From assembly GCF_001677475.2 (NCBI RefSeq), contig NZ_CP015229.1: 64,000 bases of DNA; one strand, written 5' to 3'. This document shows, piece after piece, positions 49,653 to 62,121 of this stretch (positions are counted from its first letter, which is position 1; every line of letters begins with the position of its first letter). The stretch comes from Escherichia coli (GTDB lineage Bacteria > Pseudomonadota > Gammaproteobacteria > Enterobacterales > Enterobacteriaceae). A program made the translations under genes and the position numbers. The notes under the pieces are model-generated. The model made no database searches. It was not told the origin of the DNA and was given only the letters and a program-made list of their open reading frames with translations.

Positions 49653-51566
49653 ATGATTGTTTTCTCCTCGTTACAAATTCGTCGCGGCGTGCGCGTCCTG
49701 CTGGATAATGCCACCGCCACCATCAACCCCGGGCAGAAAGTCGGCCTGGTGGGTAAAAACGGCTGTGGTAAATCTACCCTGCTGGCATTGCTGAAAAATG
49801 AAATCAGCGCCGACGGCGGCAGCTACACCTTTCCGGGAAGCTGGCAACTGGCGTGGGTGAATCAGGAAACGCCGGCGTTACCGCAAGCGGCGCTGGAATA
49901 TGTCATTGACGGCGACCGTGAATATCGTCAACTGGAAGCGCAGCTGCACGACGCCAACGAACGTAACGACGGGCACGCCATTGCGACCATTCATGGCAAG
50001 CTGGATGCTATTGACGCATGGAGTATTCGCTCCCGTGCCGCCAGCCTGCTGCACGGCCTCGGTTTCAGCAATGAACAACTGGAGCGCCCGGTAAGTGATT
50101 TCTCCGGTGGCTGGCGTATGCGTCTTAACCTTGCCCAGGCGCTAATTTGCCGTTCAGACTTGCTGCTGCTCGACGAACCGACTAACCACCTCGATCTCGA
50201 TGCCGTTATCTGGCTGGAAAAATGGCTGAAGAGCTATCAGGGCACGCTGATCCTGATCTCTCACGACCGCGACTTCCTCGATCCGATCGTCGATAAAATT
50301 ATTCATATCGAACAACAAAGCATGTTCGAGTACACCGGCAACTACAGTTCGTTTGAAGTACAGCGCGCCACCCGTCTGGCGCAGCAACAAGCGATGTATG
50401 AAAGCCAGCAGGAACGCGTGGCACATCTGCAAAGTTATATCGATCGTTTCCGTGCCAAAGCCACCAAAGCGAAGCAGGCCCAGAGCCGCATTAAGATGCT
50501 GGAGCGTATGGAGCTGATTGCCCCCGCGCACGTCGACAATCCGTTCCGCTTTAGCTTCCGCGCGCCGGAAAGCCTGCCAAATCCGTTACTGAAGATGGAA
50601 AAGGTCAGCGCAGGCTATGGCGATCGCATTATTCTCGACTCGATTAAACTAAATCTGGTCCCCGGCTCGCGCATTGGTCTGCTAGGCCGCAACGGTGCGG
50701 GTAAATCGACATTAATCAAACTGTTAGCCGGTGAACTTGCGCCAGTCAGCGGTGAAATTGGTCTGGCGAAAGGGATCAAGCTCGGCTACTTCGCCCAGCA
50801 TCAACTGGAATACCTGCGCGCCGACGAATCGCCTATTCAACATCTGGCACGTTTAGCGCCGCAGGAGCTGGAGCAAAAACTGCGTGATTACCTCGGCGGC
50901 TTTGGTTTCCAGGGCGATAAAGTAACCGAAGAAACGCGCCGCTTTTCCGGTGGGGAAAAAGCCCGCCTGGTGCTGGCATTAATTGTCTGGCAGCGTCCGA
51001 ATCTGCTGCTGCTCGACGAACCGACTAACCACCTTGACCTCGACATGCGTCAGGCACTCACCGAAGCATTAATCGAGTTCGAAGGCGCGCTGGTTGTCGT
51101 CTCGCACGACCGTCATTTGCTGCGTTCCACCACTGACGATCTCTACCTGGTTCACGATCGTAAAGTCGAACCGTTCGACGGCGATCTGGAAGATTATCAA
51201 CAGTGGTTGAGCGACGTACAAAAGCAGGAAAACCAGACCGACGAAGCGCCAAAAGAGAACGCAAACAGCGCCCAGGCACGTAAAGATCAGAAGCGTCGGG
51301 AAGCGGAGCTGCGTGCGCAAACCCAACCGCTGCGTAAAGAGATCGCCCGTCTGGAAAAAGAGATGGAAAAGCTGAACGCACAGCTGGCGCAGGCGGAAGA
51401 GAAACTCGGCGACAGCGAACTGTATGACCAGAGCCGTAAAGCGGAGTTGACCGCCTGCCTGCAACAGCAAGCCAGCGCCAAATCCGGCCTGGAAGAGTGC
51501 GAAATGGCATGGCTGGAAGCCCAGGAGCAGCTTGAGCAGATGCTGCTGGAAGGCCAAAGCAACTGA
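49653..51566 (+). CDS. yheS: ABC-F family ATPase YheS (two tandem ABC cassettes, no membrane domain)
   Basis: 637-aa ORF with two Walker A (GKNGCGKST, GRNGAGKST), two signature and two Walker B motifs, and a charged coiled-coil C-terminus. Confidence 0.93.
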   Translation: MIVFSSLQIRRGVRVLLDNATATINPGQKVGLVGKNGCGKSTLLALLKNEISADGGSYTFPGSWQLAWVNQETPALPQAALEYVIDGDREYRQLEAQLHDANERNDGHAIATIHGKLDAIDAWSIRSRAASLLHGLGFSNEQLERPVSDFSGGWRMRLNLAQALICRSDLLLLDEPTNHLDLDAVIWLEKWLKSYQGTLILISHDRDFLDPIVDKIIHIEQQSMFEYTGNYSSFEVQRATRLAQQQAMYESQQERVAHLQSYIDRFRAKATKAKQAQSRIKMLERMELIAPAHVDNPFRFSFRAPESLPNPLLKMEKVSAGYGDRIILDSIKLNLVPGSRIGLLGRNGAGKSTLIKLLAGELAPVSGEIGLAKGIKLGYFAQHQLEYLRADESPIQHLARLAPQELEQKLRDYLGGFGFQGDKVTEETRRFSGGEKARLVLALIVWQRPNLLLLDEPTNHLDLDMRQALTEALIEFEGALVVVSHDRHLLRSTTDDLYLVHDRKVEPFDGDLEDYQQWLSDVQKQENQTDEAPKENANSAQARKDQKRREAELRAQTQPLRKEIARLEKEMEKLNAQLAQAEEKLGDSELYDQSRKAELTACLQQQASAKSGLEECEMAWLEAQEQLEQMLLEGQSN

Positions 51567-52588
51567 TGGCGCAGATAACGACGACCGAGGCCAATGAATT
51601 CAGCAGCAGCGCTGAATTCACCCCTATGCGCGGCTTTAGCAATTGTCATCTCCAAACCATGCTGCCGCGTCTGTTTCGTCGTCAGGTGAAATTCACCCCG
51701 TACTGGCAGCGACTGGAGTTGCCCGACGGCGATTTTGTCGATCTCGCGTGGAGTGAAGACCCTGCACAGGCGCGGCATAAACCGCGTTTAGTGGTGTTTC
51801 ACGGGCTGGAAGGCAGTCTCAATAGCCCTTACGCCCACGGTCTGGTTGAGGCGGCGCAAAAGCGCGGCTGGCTGGGCGTGGTGATGCATTTTCGCGGATG
51901 CAGCGGTGAACCAAACCGTATGCACCGCATTTACCATTCGGGCGAAACCGAAGACGCCAGCTGGTTTTTACGCTGGCTGCAACGCGAATTTGGTCATGCG
52001 CCAACGGCTGCCGTCGGCTATTCGCTCGGCGGTAATATGCTGGCCTGTTTGCTGGCAAAAGAAGGCAATGATCTCCCGGTTGATGCGGCGGTGATTGTCT
52101 CTGCGCCGTTTATGCTGGAAGCCTGTAGCTATCATATGGAAAAGGGCTTTTCCCGCGTTTATCAGCGTTACTTGCTGAACCTGTTAAAAGCCAATGCCGC
52201 GCGCAAGCTGGCAGCCTACCCCGGAACACTGCCGATTAATCTCGCGCAGTTAAAATCAGTACGTCGCATCCGTGAATTTGACGATCTAATCACCGCCAGA
52301 ATTCACGGCTACGCCGACGCTATCGACTATTATCGTCAGTGTAGCGCCATGCCGATGCTGAACCGGATCGCCAAACCGACGCTGATTATTCACGCCAAAG
52401 ACGATCCGTTTATGGATCATCAGGTGATCCCGAAACCGGAAAGTCTCCCCCCGCAGGTGGAGTATCAACTGACTGAACATGGCGGTCATGTTGGCTTTAT
52501 TGGCGGTACATTACTTCATCCGCAAATGTGGCTGGAGTCACGCATTCCTGACTGGTTAACAACGTATCTGGAGGCGAAATCATGTTGA
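51566..52588 (+). CDS. yheT: Putative alpha/beta-hydrolase YheT
   Basis: 340-aa ORF with hydrolase GxSxG-type motif (GYSLGG); start overlaps the yheS stop. Confidence 0.9.
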
Positions 52589-52800
52589 TTCCGTGGCAAG
52601 ACCTCTCCCCCGAAACGCTGGAAAATTTAATTGAAAGCTTTGTGTTACGTGAAGGCACCGATTATGGTGAACATGAGCGTACACTTGAACAGAAAGTCGC
52701 CGACGTCAAACGCCAGCTACAGTGCGGAGAAGCGGTGCTGGTATGGTCGGAGCTGCACGAAACGGTCAATATTATGCCGCGCAGTCAGTTTCGCGAATAG
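52582..52800 (+). CDS. yheU: UPF0270 protein YheU
   Basis: 72-aa ORF overlapping the yheT end by 7 nt. Confidence 0.85.
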
Positions 52801-52853
52801 CCTGCAACCGTCGGCGGACGAGATAATAATGATAGCTAAGTCATGGAGTTACT

Positions 52854-53723
52854 ATGTCTGCCAAACATCCGGTCATTGCGGTAACAGGATCCAGCGGCGC
52901 GGGGACCACCACCACCAGCCTCGCGTTTCGTAAAATATTCGCGCAGTTAAATCTGCATGCAGCTGAGGTGGAAGGCGACAGTTTTCACCGTTACACCCGC
53001 CCGGAAATGGACATGGCGATCCGCAAAGCGCGCGACGCCGGGCGGCATATCAGCTACTTCGGCCCCGAAGCGAACGACTTCGGCCTGCTGGAACAAACCT
53101 TCATTGAATACGGTCAGAGCGGCAAAGGGAAATCTCGCAAATATCTGCATACCTACGATGAAGCCGTACCGTGGAATCAGGTACCGGGGACATTCACCCC
53201 CTGGCAATCTTTACCGGAACCCACTGATGTACTGTTTTATGAAGGTTTACACGGCGGCGTAGTCACGCCACAGCATAACGTTGCGCAGCATGTGGACTTA
53301 CTGGTCGGCGTGGTGCCTATCGTTAACCTTGAGTGGATTCAAAAACTGATCCGCGACACCAGCGAGCGCGGGCACTCACGAGAAGCAGTGATGGACTCGG
53401 TAGTGCGTTCAATGGAAGACTATATCAACTACATCACGCCGCAGTTTTCCCGCACCCATCTTAACTTCCAGCGCGTTCCCACCGTCGACACCTCAAACCC
53501 GTTCGCGGCAAAAGGTATCCCGTCGCTGGATGAAAGCTTTGTGGTGATCCATTTTCGTAATCTGGAAGGGATCGATTTCCCCTGGCTGCTGGCGATGTTG
53601 CAAGGCTCATTCATTTCCCACATCAATACGTTAGTGGTGCCCGGCGGCAAAATGGGTCTGGCAATGGAATTAATTATGCTGCCGCTGGTGCAACGATTGA
53701 TGGAAGGAAAGAAAATCGAGTAA
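52854..53723 (+). CDS. prkB: Phosphoribulokinase homolog PrkB
   Basis: 289-aa ORF with P-loop GSSGAGTTT near the N-terminus. Confidence 0.92.
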   Translation: MSAKHPVIAVTGSSGAGTTTTSLAFRKIFAQLNLHAAEVEGDSFHRYTRPEMDMAIRKARDAGRHISYFGPEANDFGLLEQTFIEYGQSGKGKSRKYLHTYDEAVPWNQVPGTFTPWQSLPEPTDVLFYEGLHGGVVTPQHNVAQHVDLLVGVVPIVNLEWIQKLIRDTSERGHSREAVMDSVVRSMEDYINYITPQFSRTHLNFQRVPTVDTSNPFAAKGIPSLDESFVVIHFRNLEGIDFPWLLAMLQGSFISHINTLVVPGGKMGLAMELIMLPLVQRLMEGKKIE

Positions 53724-53735
53724 CTCTGCTATTAC

Positions 53736-53757
53736 GCCGGATAAAATACTATCCGGC
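53736..53757. terminator. Possible hairpin between convergent prkB and yhfA
   Basis: GCCGGAT-AAAATACT-ATCCGGC inverted repeat; no clear T-run. Confidence 0.35.
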
Positions 53758-53777
53758 TTCACAACGGGATAGTTAAA

Positions 53778-54182
53778 TCACGCGGCAACCACTTCATACG
53801 AGTGAGTAATATTCACCGCTTTTTCCAGCATCAACGCCACTGAACAATATTTCTCAGCAGAGAGATCAACCGCACGCGCAACCGCTGCGTCTTTCAGGTC
53901 GCGACCGGTGACGATAAAATGCAGATTAATGTGCGTAAACAGGCGTGGTGCATCTTCGCGGCGTTCAGAGGTCAATTTTACTTCACAATCGACCACATCC
54001 TGACGCCCTTTTTGCAAGATCGAAACCACATCGATGGCACTGCAACCACCCGCCGCCATCAACACCATTTCCATCGGACTTGGTGCTTTATCGCCTGAGT
54101 TGCCGTCCATTAAAATCTGGTGACCAGAGGCGGATTCGCCCAGAAAAGTTAACCCTTCGACCCACTTCACTCGCGCTTGCAT
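53778..54182 (-). CDS. yhfA: OsmC-family protein YhfA
   Basis: 134-aa ORF in conserved position upstream of crp on the opposite strand. Confidence 0.88.
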   Translation of the reverse strand: MQARVKWVEGLTFLGESASGHQILMDGNSGDKAPSPMEMVLMAAGGCSAIDVVSILQKGRQDVVDCEVKLTSERREDAPRLFTHINLHFIVTGRDLKDAAVARAVDLSAEKYCSVALMLEKAVNITHSYEVVAA

Positions 54183-54483
54183 TTTTGCTACTCCACTGCG
54201 TCAATTTTCCTGACAGAGTACGCGTACTAACCAAATCGCGCAACGGAAGGCGACCTGGGTCATGCTGAAGCGAGACACCAGGAGACACAAAGCGAAAGCT
54301 ATGCTAAAACAGTCAGGATGCTACAGTAATACATTGATGTACTGCATGTATGCAAAGGACGTCACATTACCGTGCAGTACAGTTGATAGCCCCTTCCCAG
54401 GTAGCGGGAAGCATATTTCGGCAATCCAGAGACAGCGGCGTTATCTGGCTCTGGAGAAAGCTTATAACAGAGGATAACCGCGC

Positions 54484-55116
54484 ATGGTGCTTGGCAAACC
54501 GCAAACAGACCCGACTCTCGAATGGTTCTTGTCTCATTGCCACATTCATAAGTACCCATCCAAGAGCACGCTTATTCACCAGGGTGAAAAAGCGGAAACG
54601 CTGTACTACATCGTTAAAGGCTCTGTGGCAGTGCTGATCAAAGACGAAGAGGGTAAAGAAATGATCCTCTCCTATCTGAATCAGGGTGATTTTATTGGCG
54701 AACTGGGCCTGTTTGAAGAGGGCCAGGAACGTAGCGCATGGGTACGTGCGAAAACCGCCTGTGAAGTGGCTGAAATTTCGTACAAAAAATTTCGCCAATT
54801 GATTCAGGTAAACCCGGACATTCTGATGCGTCTGTCTGCACAGATGGCGCGTCGTCTGCAAGTCACTTCAGAGAAAGTGGGCAACCTGGCGTTCCTCGAC
54901 GTGACGGGCCGCATTGCACAGACTCTGCTGAACCTGGCAAAACAACCAGATGCTATGACTCACCCGGACGGTATGCAAATCAAAATTACCCGTCAGGAAA
55001 TTGGTCAGATTGTCGGCTGTTCTCGTGAAACCGTGGGACGCATTCTGAAGATGCTGGAAGATCAGAACCTGATCTCTGCACACGGTAAAACCATCGTCGT
55101 TTACGGCACTCGTTAA
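54484..55116 (+). CDS. crp: cAMP receptor protein CRP
   Basis: 210-aa [109 protein letters not shown]... with C-terminal [23 protein letters not shown]. Confidence 0.98.
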
Positions 55117-55128
55117 TCCCGTCGGAGT

Positions 55129-55162
55129 GGCGCGTTACCTGGTAGCGCGCCATTTTGTTTCC
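55129..55162 (+). terminator. Intrinsic terminator after crp
   Basis: GC-rich hairpin GGCGCGTTACC / GGTAGCGCGCC 13 nt after the crp stop, followed by ATTTTGTTT. Confidence 0.7.
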
Positions 55163-55166
55163 CCCG

Positions 55167-57257
55167 ATGTGGCGCAGACTGATTTATCACCCCGATATCA
55201 ACTATGCACTGCGACAAACGCTGGTGCTATGTTTGCCCGTGGCCGTTGGGTTAATGCTTGGCGAATTGCGATTCGGTCTGCTCTTCTCCCTCGTTCCTGC
55301 CTGTTGCAATATTGCGGGCCTTGATACGCCTCATAAACGTTTTTTCAAACGCTTAATCATTGGTGCGTCGCTGTTTGCCACCTGTAGCTTACTGACACAG
55401 CTGCTACTGGCAAAAGATGTTCCCCTGCCCTTTTTGCTGACCGGATTAACGCTGGTACTTGGCGTCACTGCTGAGCTGGGGCCATTGCACGCAAAATTGC
55501 TTCCCGCATCCCTGCTCGCCGCCATTTTTACCCTCAGTCTGGCGGGATACATGCCGGTCTGGGAACCGTTGCTCATCTATGCGTTGGGCACTCTCTGGTA
55601 CGGATTGTTTAACTGGTTTTGGTTCTGGATCTGGCGCGAACAACCGCTGCGCGAGTCACTTAGCCTGCTGTACCGTGAACTGGCAGATTATTGTGAAGCC
55701 AAATACAGCCTGCTTACCCAGCACACCGACCCTGAAAAAGCGCTGCCGCCACTGCTGGTGCGCCAGCAAAAAGCGGTCGATCTAATTACCCAGTGCTATC
55801 AGCAAATGCATATGCTTTCCGCGCAAAATAATACTGACTACAAGCGGATGCTGCGTATTTTCCAGGAGGCGCTGGATTTACAGGAACATATTTCGGTCAG
55901 TTTGCATCAGCCGGAAGAGGTGCAAAAGCTGGTCGAGCGTAGCCATGCGGAAGAAGTTATCCGCTGGAATGCGCAAACCGTCGCCGCTCGCCTGCGCGTG
56001 CTGGCTGATGACATTCTTTACCATCGCCTGCCAACGCGTTTTACGATGGAAAAGCAAATTGGCGCGCTGGAAAAAATCGCCCGCCAGCATCCGGATAATC
56101 CGGTTGGGCAATTCTGCTACTGGCATTTCAGCCGCATCGCCCGCGTGCTGCGCACCCAAAAACCGCTCTATGCCCGTGACTTACTGGCCGATAAACAGCG
56201 GCGAATGCCATTACTTCCGGCGCTGAAAAGTTATCTGTCACTAAAGTCTCCGGCGCTACGCAATGCCGGACGACTCAGTGTGATGTTAAGCGTTGCCAGC
56301 CTGATGGGCACCGCGCTGCATCTGCCGAAGTCGTACTGGATCCTGATGACGGTATTGCTGGTGACGCAAAATGGCTATGGCGCAACCCGTCTGAGGATTG
56401 TGAATCGCTCCGTGGGAACCGTGGTCGGGTTAATCATTGCGGGCGTTGCCCTGCACTTTAAAATTCCCGAAGGTTACACCCTGACCTTGATGCTGATTAC
56501 CACCCTCGCCAGCTACCTGATATTGCGCAAAAACTACGGCTGGGCGACGGTCGGCTTTACCATTACCGCAGTGTATACCCTGCAACTGTTGTGGCTGAAC
56601 GGTGAGCAGTACATCCTTCCGCGTCTTATCGATACCATTATTGGCTGTTTAATTGCTTTCGGCGGTACCGTCTGGCTGTGGCCACAGTGGCAGAGCGGGT
56701 TATTGCGTAAAAACGCCCATGATGCTTTAGAAGCCTATCAGGAAGCGATTCGCTTGATTCTGAGCGAGGACCCGCAACCAACGCCACTGGCCTGGCAGAG
56801 AATGCGGGTAAATCAGGCGCATAACACTCTGTATAACTCATTGAATCAGGCGATGCAGGAACCGGCATTCAACAGCCATTATCTGGCAGATATGAAACTG
56901 TGGGTAACGCACAGTCAGTTTATTGTTGAACATATTAATGCCATGACCACGCTGGCACGGGAACACCGGGCATTGCCACCTGAACTGGCACAAGAGTATT
57001 TACAGTCTTGTGAAATCGCCATTCAGCGTTGTCAGCAGCGACTGGAGTATGACGAACCGGGGAGTTCTGGCGATGCCAATATCATGGATGCGCCGGAGAT
57101 GCAGCCGCACGAAGGCGCGGCAGGTACGCTGGAGCAGCATTTACAACGGGTTATTGGTCATCTGAACACCATGCACACCATTTCGTCGATGGCATGGCGG
57201 CAGCGACCGCATCACGGGATTTGGCTGAGTCGCAAGTTGCGGGATTCGAAGGCGTAA
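55167..57257 (+). CDS. yhfK: Inner-membrane protein YhfK (FUSC-like)
   Basis: 696 codons from ATG 55167 (MWRRLIYHPDINYALRQ...); the ORF-track start at 55155 is a TTG lying inside the crp terminator hairpin. Confidence 0.88.
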   Translation: MWRRLIYHPDINYALRQTLVLCLPVAVGLMLGELRFGLLFSLVPACCNIAGLDTPHKRFFKRLIIGASLFATCSLLTQLLLAKDVPLPFLLTGLTLVLGVTAELGPLHAKLLPASLLAAIFTLSLAGYMPVWEPLLIYALGTLWYGLFNWFWFWIWREQPLRESLSLLYRELADYCEAKYSLLTQHTDPEKALPPLLVRQQKAVDLITQCYQQMHMLSAQNNTDYKRMLRIFQEALDLQEHISVSLHQPEEVQKLVERSHAEEVIRWNAQTVAARLRVLADDILYHRLPTRFTMEKQIGALEKIARQHPDNPVGQFCYWHFSRIARVLRTQKPLYARDLLADKQRRMPLLPALKSYLSLKSPALRNAGRLSVMLSVASLMGTALHLPKSYWILMTVLLVTQNGYGATRLRIVNRSVGTVVGLIIAGVALHFKIPEGYTLTLMLITTLASYLILRKNYGWATVGFTITAVYTLQLLWLNGEQYILPRLIDTIIGCLIAFGGTVWLWPQWQSGLLRKNAHDALEAYQEAIRLILSEDPQPTPLAWQRMRVNQAHNTLYNSLNQAMQEPAFNSHYLADMKLWVTHSQFIVEHINAMTTLAREHRALPPELAQEYLQSCEIAIQRCQQRLEYDEPGSSGDANIMDAPEMQPHEGAAGTLEQHLQRVIGHLNTMHTISSMAWRQRPHHGIWLSRKLRDSKA

Positions 57258-57270
57258 TACAGGCTAAACC

Positions 57271-57300
57271 ATCGGATGAGGTGTTCACGCCGCATCCGAC
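57271..57300. repeat. REP (repetitive extragenic palindromic) element between convergent yhfK and argD
   Basis: TCGGATGAGGTGTTCACGCCGCATCCGA: 7-bp inverted arms TCGGATG/CATCCGA around a GTTCACGCCGC core typical of the enterobacterial REP consensus. Confidence 0.7.
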
Positions 57301-57323
57301 ATCTTTTGCCTGATGCGTCTTAT

Positions 57324-58559
<1,236 letters not shown>

Positions 58560-58629
58560 TTACGCATAAACCAATATGAAATTATAATCACAAAATATGC
58601 ATAAAAAATCACTGAATGGCAATCAGAAA

Positions 58630-59193
58630 TCAGCGATGCAGGAAATTAGCCAGCAGTTGATGTCCTTGTTCGCTAAGAATACTTTCTGGATGGAACTGCA
58701 CGCCTTCAAGATCCCACTGGCGATGGCGAATCCCCATAATCTCGCGGGTTTCGCTCCAGGCCGTCACTTCAAAGCACGCTGGTAATGAGTCAGGTTCCAC
58801 CACCAGCGAATGGTAGCGTGTCACGGTAAGTGGATTTGCCAGCCCCCGAAATACGCCCTCACCGCTATGTGTAATCGGTGAGGTTTTGCCGTGCATGACC
58901 TTTGCGGCGCGCACAACTTTGCCGCCAAATGCCTGCGCCATTGCCTGATGACCGAGGCAGACGCCAAGAAGCGGCAAGCGTCCGGCATAGTGACGAATAG
59001 TCTCAAGGGAGATCCCGGCTTCATTGGGCGTACAGGGGCCAGGTGAGATGACAATTTTCTGCGGTTTAAGGGCGTCGATATCCGCCAGCGTCAACGCATC
59101 GTTGCGCTTAACCAGCACATCCGCCCCCAGTTCACAAAAGTACTGGTAGAGGTTCCAGGTGAAAGAATCGTAGTTATCAATAAGCAGGATCAT
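58630..59193 (-). CDS. pabA: Aminodeoxychorismate synthase glutamine amidotransferase component PabA
   Basis: 187-aa class-I GATase [29 protein letters not shown]... with catalytic GVCLGHQ. Confidence 0.96.
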   Translation of the reverse strand: MILLIDNYDSFTWNLYQYFCELGADVLVKRNDALTLADIDALKPQKIVISPGPCTPNEAGISLETIRHYAGRLPLLGVCLGHQAMAQAFGGKVVRAAKVMHGKTSPITHSGEGVFRGLANPLTVTRYHSLVVEPDSLPACFEVTAWSETREIMGIRHRQWDLEGVQFHPESILSEQGHQLLANFLHR

Positions 59194-59224
59194 GGCGGCT
59201 CCGGTACGAAAGAACCGCGCTATT

Positions 59225-59827
59225 TTACTCAGATTCCCCGGCTTCGCTTACCACTTTGCTAAATATCGTCTGCAGCGCGGTGAGATCCCCCATTGCCCCA
59301 CTCTGATTTGCCTGATTCCAGGCCTCTTTTTCGATACCCTGCCAGCTCAGTTGGTAGCCCGCATGAATCGCCAGCTGCTCGAAGAAGATCCGCTGTGCCA
59401 GACCACTTCCCACCCGGAAGGGATGCAGCACGTTGATTTCACAATAGTAATGTGCCAGCCGCTCGACGAACTTCCCTTTCTCCAGGCCAACCAGATAACC
59501 TTCTTCCTCCAGATCCTGCATCAGGGCATTGCCCTCTTTTTCGATATAAGCAAAGTGGCAGAACGGCGTATCGCCCTGATAAATATCAACTTCACGCAGT
59601 TGCCCTGCCCAGTCGAAAATATCCTGATACAGCTGGCGATGGATAGTGCGCAAATGCGGTAAACCGCGCACCAGCGGACCAAGCTCAATGGTCGCAGCAC
59701 GCAGCGCCGTCATTTCGTAAGCGGCCTGTTCCAGCCGCTGTTGCTGGCGGATGTTCAGCCGGTTACGCATGATATCAAGGCCAGGATAAAGATACGGATC
59801 GCGCCCTTCGCCGAATTTATCGCTCAT
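59225..59827 (-). CDS. fic: Fic-domain protein (putative AMPylase)
   Basis: 200-aa ORF containing the Fic motif [18 protein letters not shown] Shine-Dalgarno lies inside the yhfG 3-prime end. Confidence 0.95.
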   Translation of the reverse strand: MSDKFGEGRDPYLYPGLDIMRNRLNIRQQQRLEQAAYEMTALRAATIELGPLVRGLPHLRTIHRQLYQDIFDWAGQLREVDIYQGDTPFCHFAYIEKEGNALMQDLEEEGYLVGLEKGKFVERLAHYYCEINVLHPFRVGSGLAQRIFFEQLAIHAGYQLSWQGIEKEAWNQANQSGAMGDLTALQTIFSKVVSEAGESE

Positions 59828-59984
59828 AGTGCCTCCTCAGCTCTTCAAGGCGCGCTAAAGCCTCTGCGGCAGTAAGAGTGACTAAAGGCATCTCGACGCC
59901 TTCAAGACGGCGACTGGCCTGGAAATTACGATTACGCTGAAGCTCCCAGAGACGGGACTTTTGCTTATCGGTGAGTTTCTTCAC
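59817..59984 (-). CDS. yhfG: YhfG, small protein encoded upstream of and overlapping fic (antitoxin-like partner)
   Basis: Hand translation from GTG 59982-59984 with GGAGG Shine-Dalgarno 7 nt upstream: [55 protein letters not shown] (55 aa); stop TAA 59817-59819 overlaps the fic start. Confidence 0.8.
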   Translation of the reverse strand: MKKLTDKQKSRLWELQRNRNFQASRRLEGVEMPLVTLTAAEALARLEELRRHYER

Positions 59985-60057
59985 TTGATGCCTCCCTGAA
60001 CGTGTCCATTTGCCACAAGTATAAGCGGCAAATCCGGGTTACGCCGGGAGAGCAGAA

Positions 60058-60080
60058 GCGCGGGCAAGATTGCCCGCGCG
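60058..60080 (-). terminator. Probable terminator hairpin after ppiA
   Basis: GCGCGGGCAA-GA-TTGCCCGCGC inverted repeat 9 nt after the ppiA stop. Confidence 0.5.
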
Positions 60081-60088
60081 AGAAATCA

Positions 60089-60670
<582 letters not shown>

Positions 60671-60931
60671 TTAACAAACAGAGCAGAAAAAAAGCAAGTG
60701 AAGAGATTCTAAATAGCCTTCAAGAACAAGGCCATCCCTTTACCTAATTTTACGTATCTGAAATATATGTAACCTGACGATCACTTTTTATTCCGTGATC
60801 AAAATCACCTCTTAAAATGCAATTTAGCAACCGATTGCAATAAAACATTTAAACAGATCACAAAATCACCTAAAATCGCCCGCTCGCGGCATATCCCGCT
60901 ATGCCATTTTATTTTTGAACGCAGGCCAATC

Positions 60932-62113
60932 ATGACTAACAGCAATCGCATCAAGCTCACATGGATTAGCTTTCTCTCCTACGCACTGACCGGTGCGTTG
61001 GTTATTGTCACCGGGATGGTGATGGGAAATATCGCCGATTATTTCAATCTGCCTGTTTCCAGTATGAGTAACACCTTCACCTTCCTCAACGCCGGCATTT
61101 TAATCTCTATCTTCCTCAACGCCTGGCTGATGGAAATCGTCCCGTTGAAAACGCAGTTACGTTTTGGCTTTCTCCTGATGGTGCTGGCGGTTGCCGGTTT
61201 GATGTTCAGCCACAGCCTGGCGCTGTTCTCGGCGGCGATGTTCATTCTCGGGGTGGTCAGCGGCATCACCATGTCGATTGGTACATTCCTGATAACACAA
61301 ATGTATGAAGGGCGTCAGCGCGGTTCCCGCCTGTTATTTACCGACTCCTTCTTCAGTATGGCTGGGATGATTTTCCCAATGATCGCCGCGTTTCTACTGG
61401 CGCGCAGCATTGAGTGGTACTGGGTTTATGCCTGCATCGGGTTGGTGTATGTCGCTATTTTTATTCTGACCTTCGGCTGTGAGTTCCCGGCGCTGGGCAA
61501 ACATGCGCCAAAAACGGATGCTCCGGTAGAGAAAGAAAAGTGGGGGATCGGCGTACTGTTTCTCTCTATTGCGGCGCTGTGCTACATCCTCGGTCAGTTA
61601 GGTTTTATCTCCTGGGTGCCTGAGTATGCCAAAGGCCTGGGCATGAGCCTAAACGACGCGGGCACGCTGGTAAGTAACTTCTGGATGTCATACATGGTCG
61701 GTATGTGGGCGTTCAGCTTTATTCTTCGCTTCTTTGATTTGCAACGTATTCTGACCGTACTGGCTGGTCTGGCTGCGATTCTGATGTACGTCTTTAACAC
61801 CGGAACACCAGCACATATGGCGTGGTCAATTCTCGCTCTGGGCTTCTTCTCCAGCGCGATCTATACCACCATCATCACCCTGGGTTCACAGCAGACCAAA
61901 GTACCGTCGCCAAAACTGGTTAACTTTGTCCTGACCTGCGGGACCATCGGTACTATGTTGACCTTTGTGGTTACCGGCCCGATTGTTGAACATAGCGGTC
62001 CGCAGGCGGCACTGCTTACAGCAAACGGTCTGTACGCTGTCGTCTTTGTGATGTGCTTCCTGTTAGGTTTCGTCAGCCGTCACCGTCAGCATAACACCCT
62101 GACCTCTCATTAA
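60932..62113 (+). CDS. tsgA: MFS-type transporter TsgA
   Basis: 393-aa ORF with 12 predicted transmembrane segments. Confidence 0.92.
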   Translation: MTNSNRIKLTWISFLSYALTGALVIVTGMVMGNIADYFNLPVSSMSNTFTFLNAGILISIFLNAWLMEIVPLKTQLRFGFLLMVLAVAGLMFSHSLALFSAAMFILGVVSGITMSIGTFLITQMYEGRQRGSRLLFTDSFFSMAGMIFPMIAAFLLARSIEWYWVYACIGLVYVAIFILTFGCEFPALGKHAPKTDAPVEKEKWGIGVLFLSIAALCYILGQLGFISWVPEYAKGLGMSLNDAGTLVSNFWMSYMVGMWAFSFILRFFDLQRILTVLAGLAAILMYVFNTGTPAHMAWSILALGFFSSAIYTTIITLGSQQTKVPSPKLVNFVLTCGTIGTMLTFVVTGPIVEHSGPQAALLTANGLYAVVFVMCFLLGFVSRHRQHNTLTSH

Positions 62114-62121
62114 TTGTTCAT

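Noticed and set aside
51058-51778. Three overlapping minus-strand ORFs (162-194 aa) across the yheS 3-prime end and yheT start
   Set aside because: Antisense to the clearly recognisable ABC-F gene yheS; Arg/Leu/Ala-rich low-complexity translations typical of GC-rich antisense frames.
54262-54477. 71-aa plus-strand ORF in the yhfA-crp intergenic region
   Set aside because: It occupies the long crp 5-prime leader and promoter region, has no Shine-Dalgarno and an arbitrary basic composition; most likely non-coding.
55155-55166. TTG start for yhfK at 55155
   Set aside because: It lies within the crp terminator hairpin and T-tract; the first ATG at 55167 gives the expected 696-codon protein.
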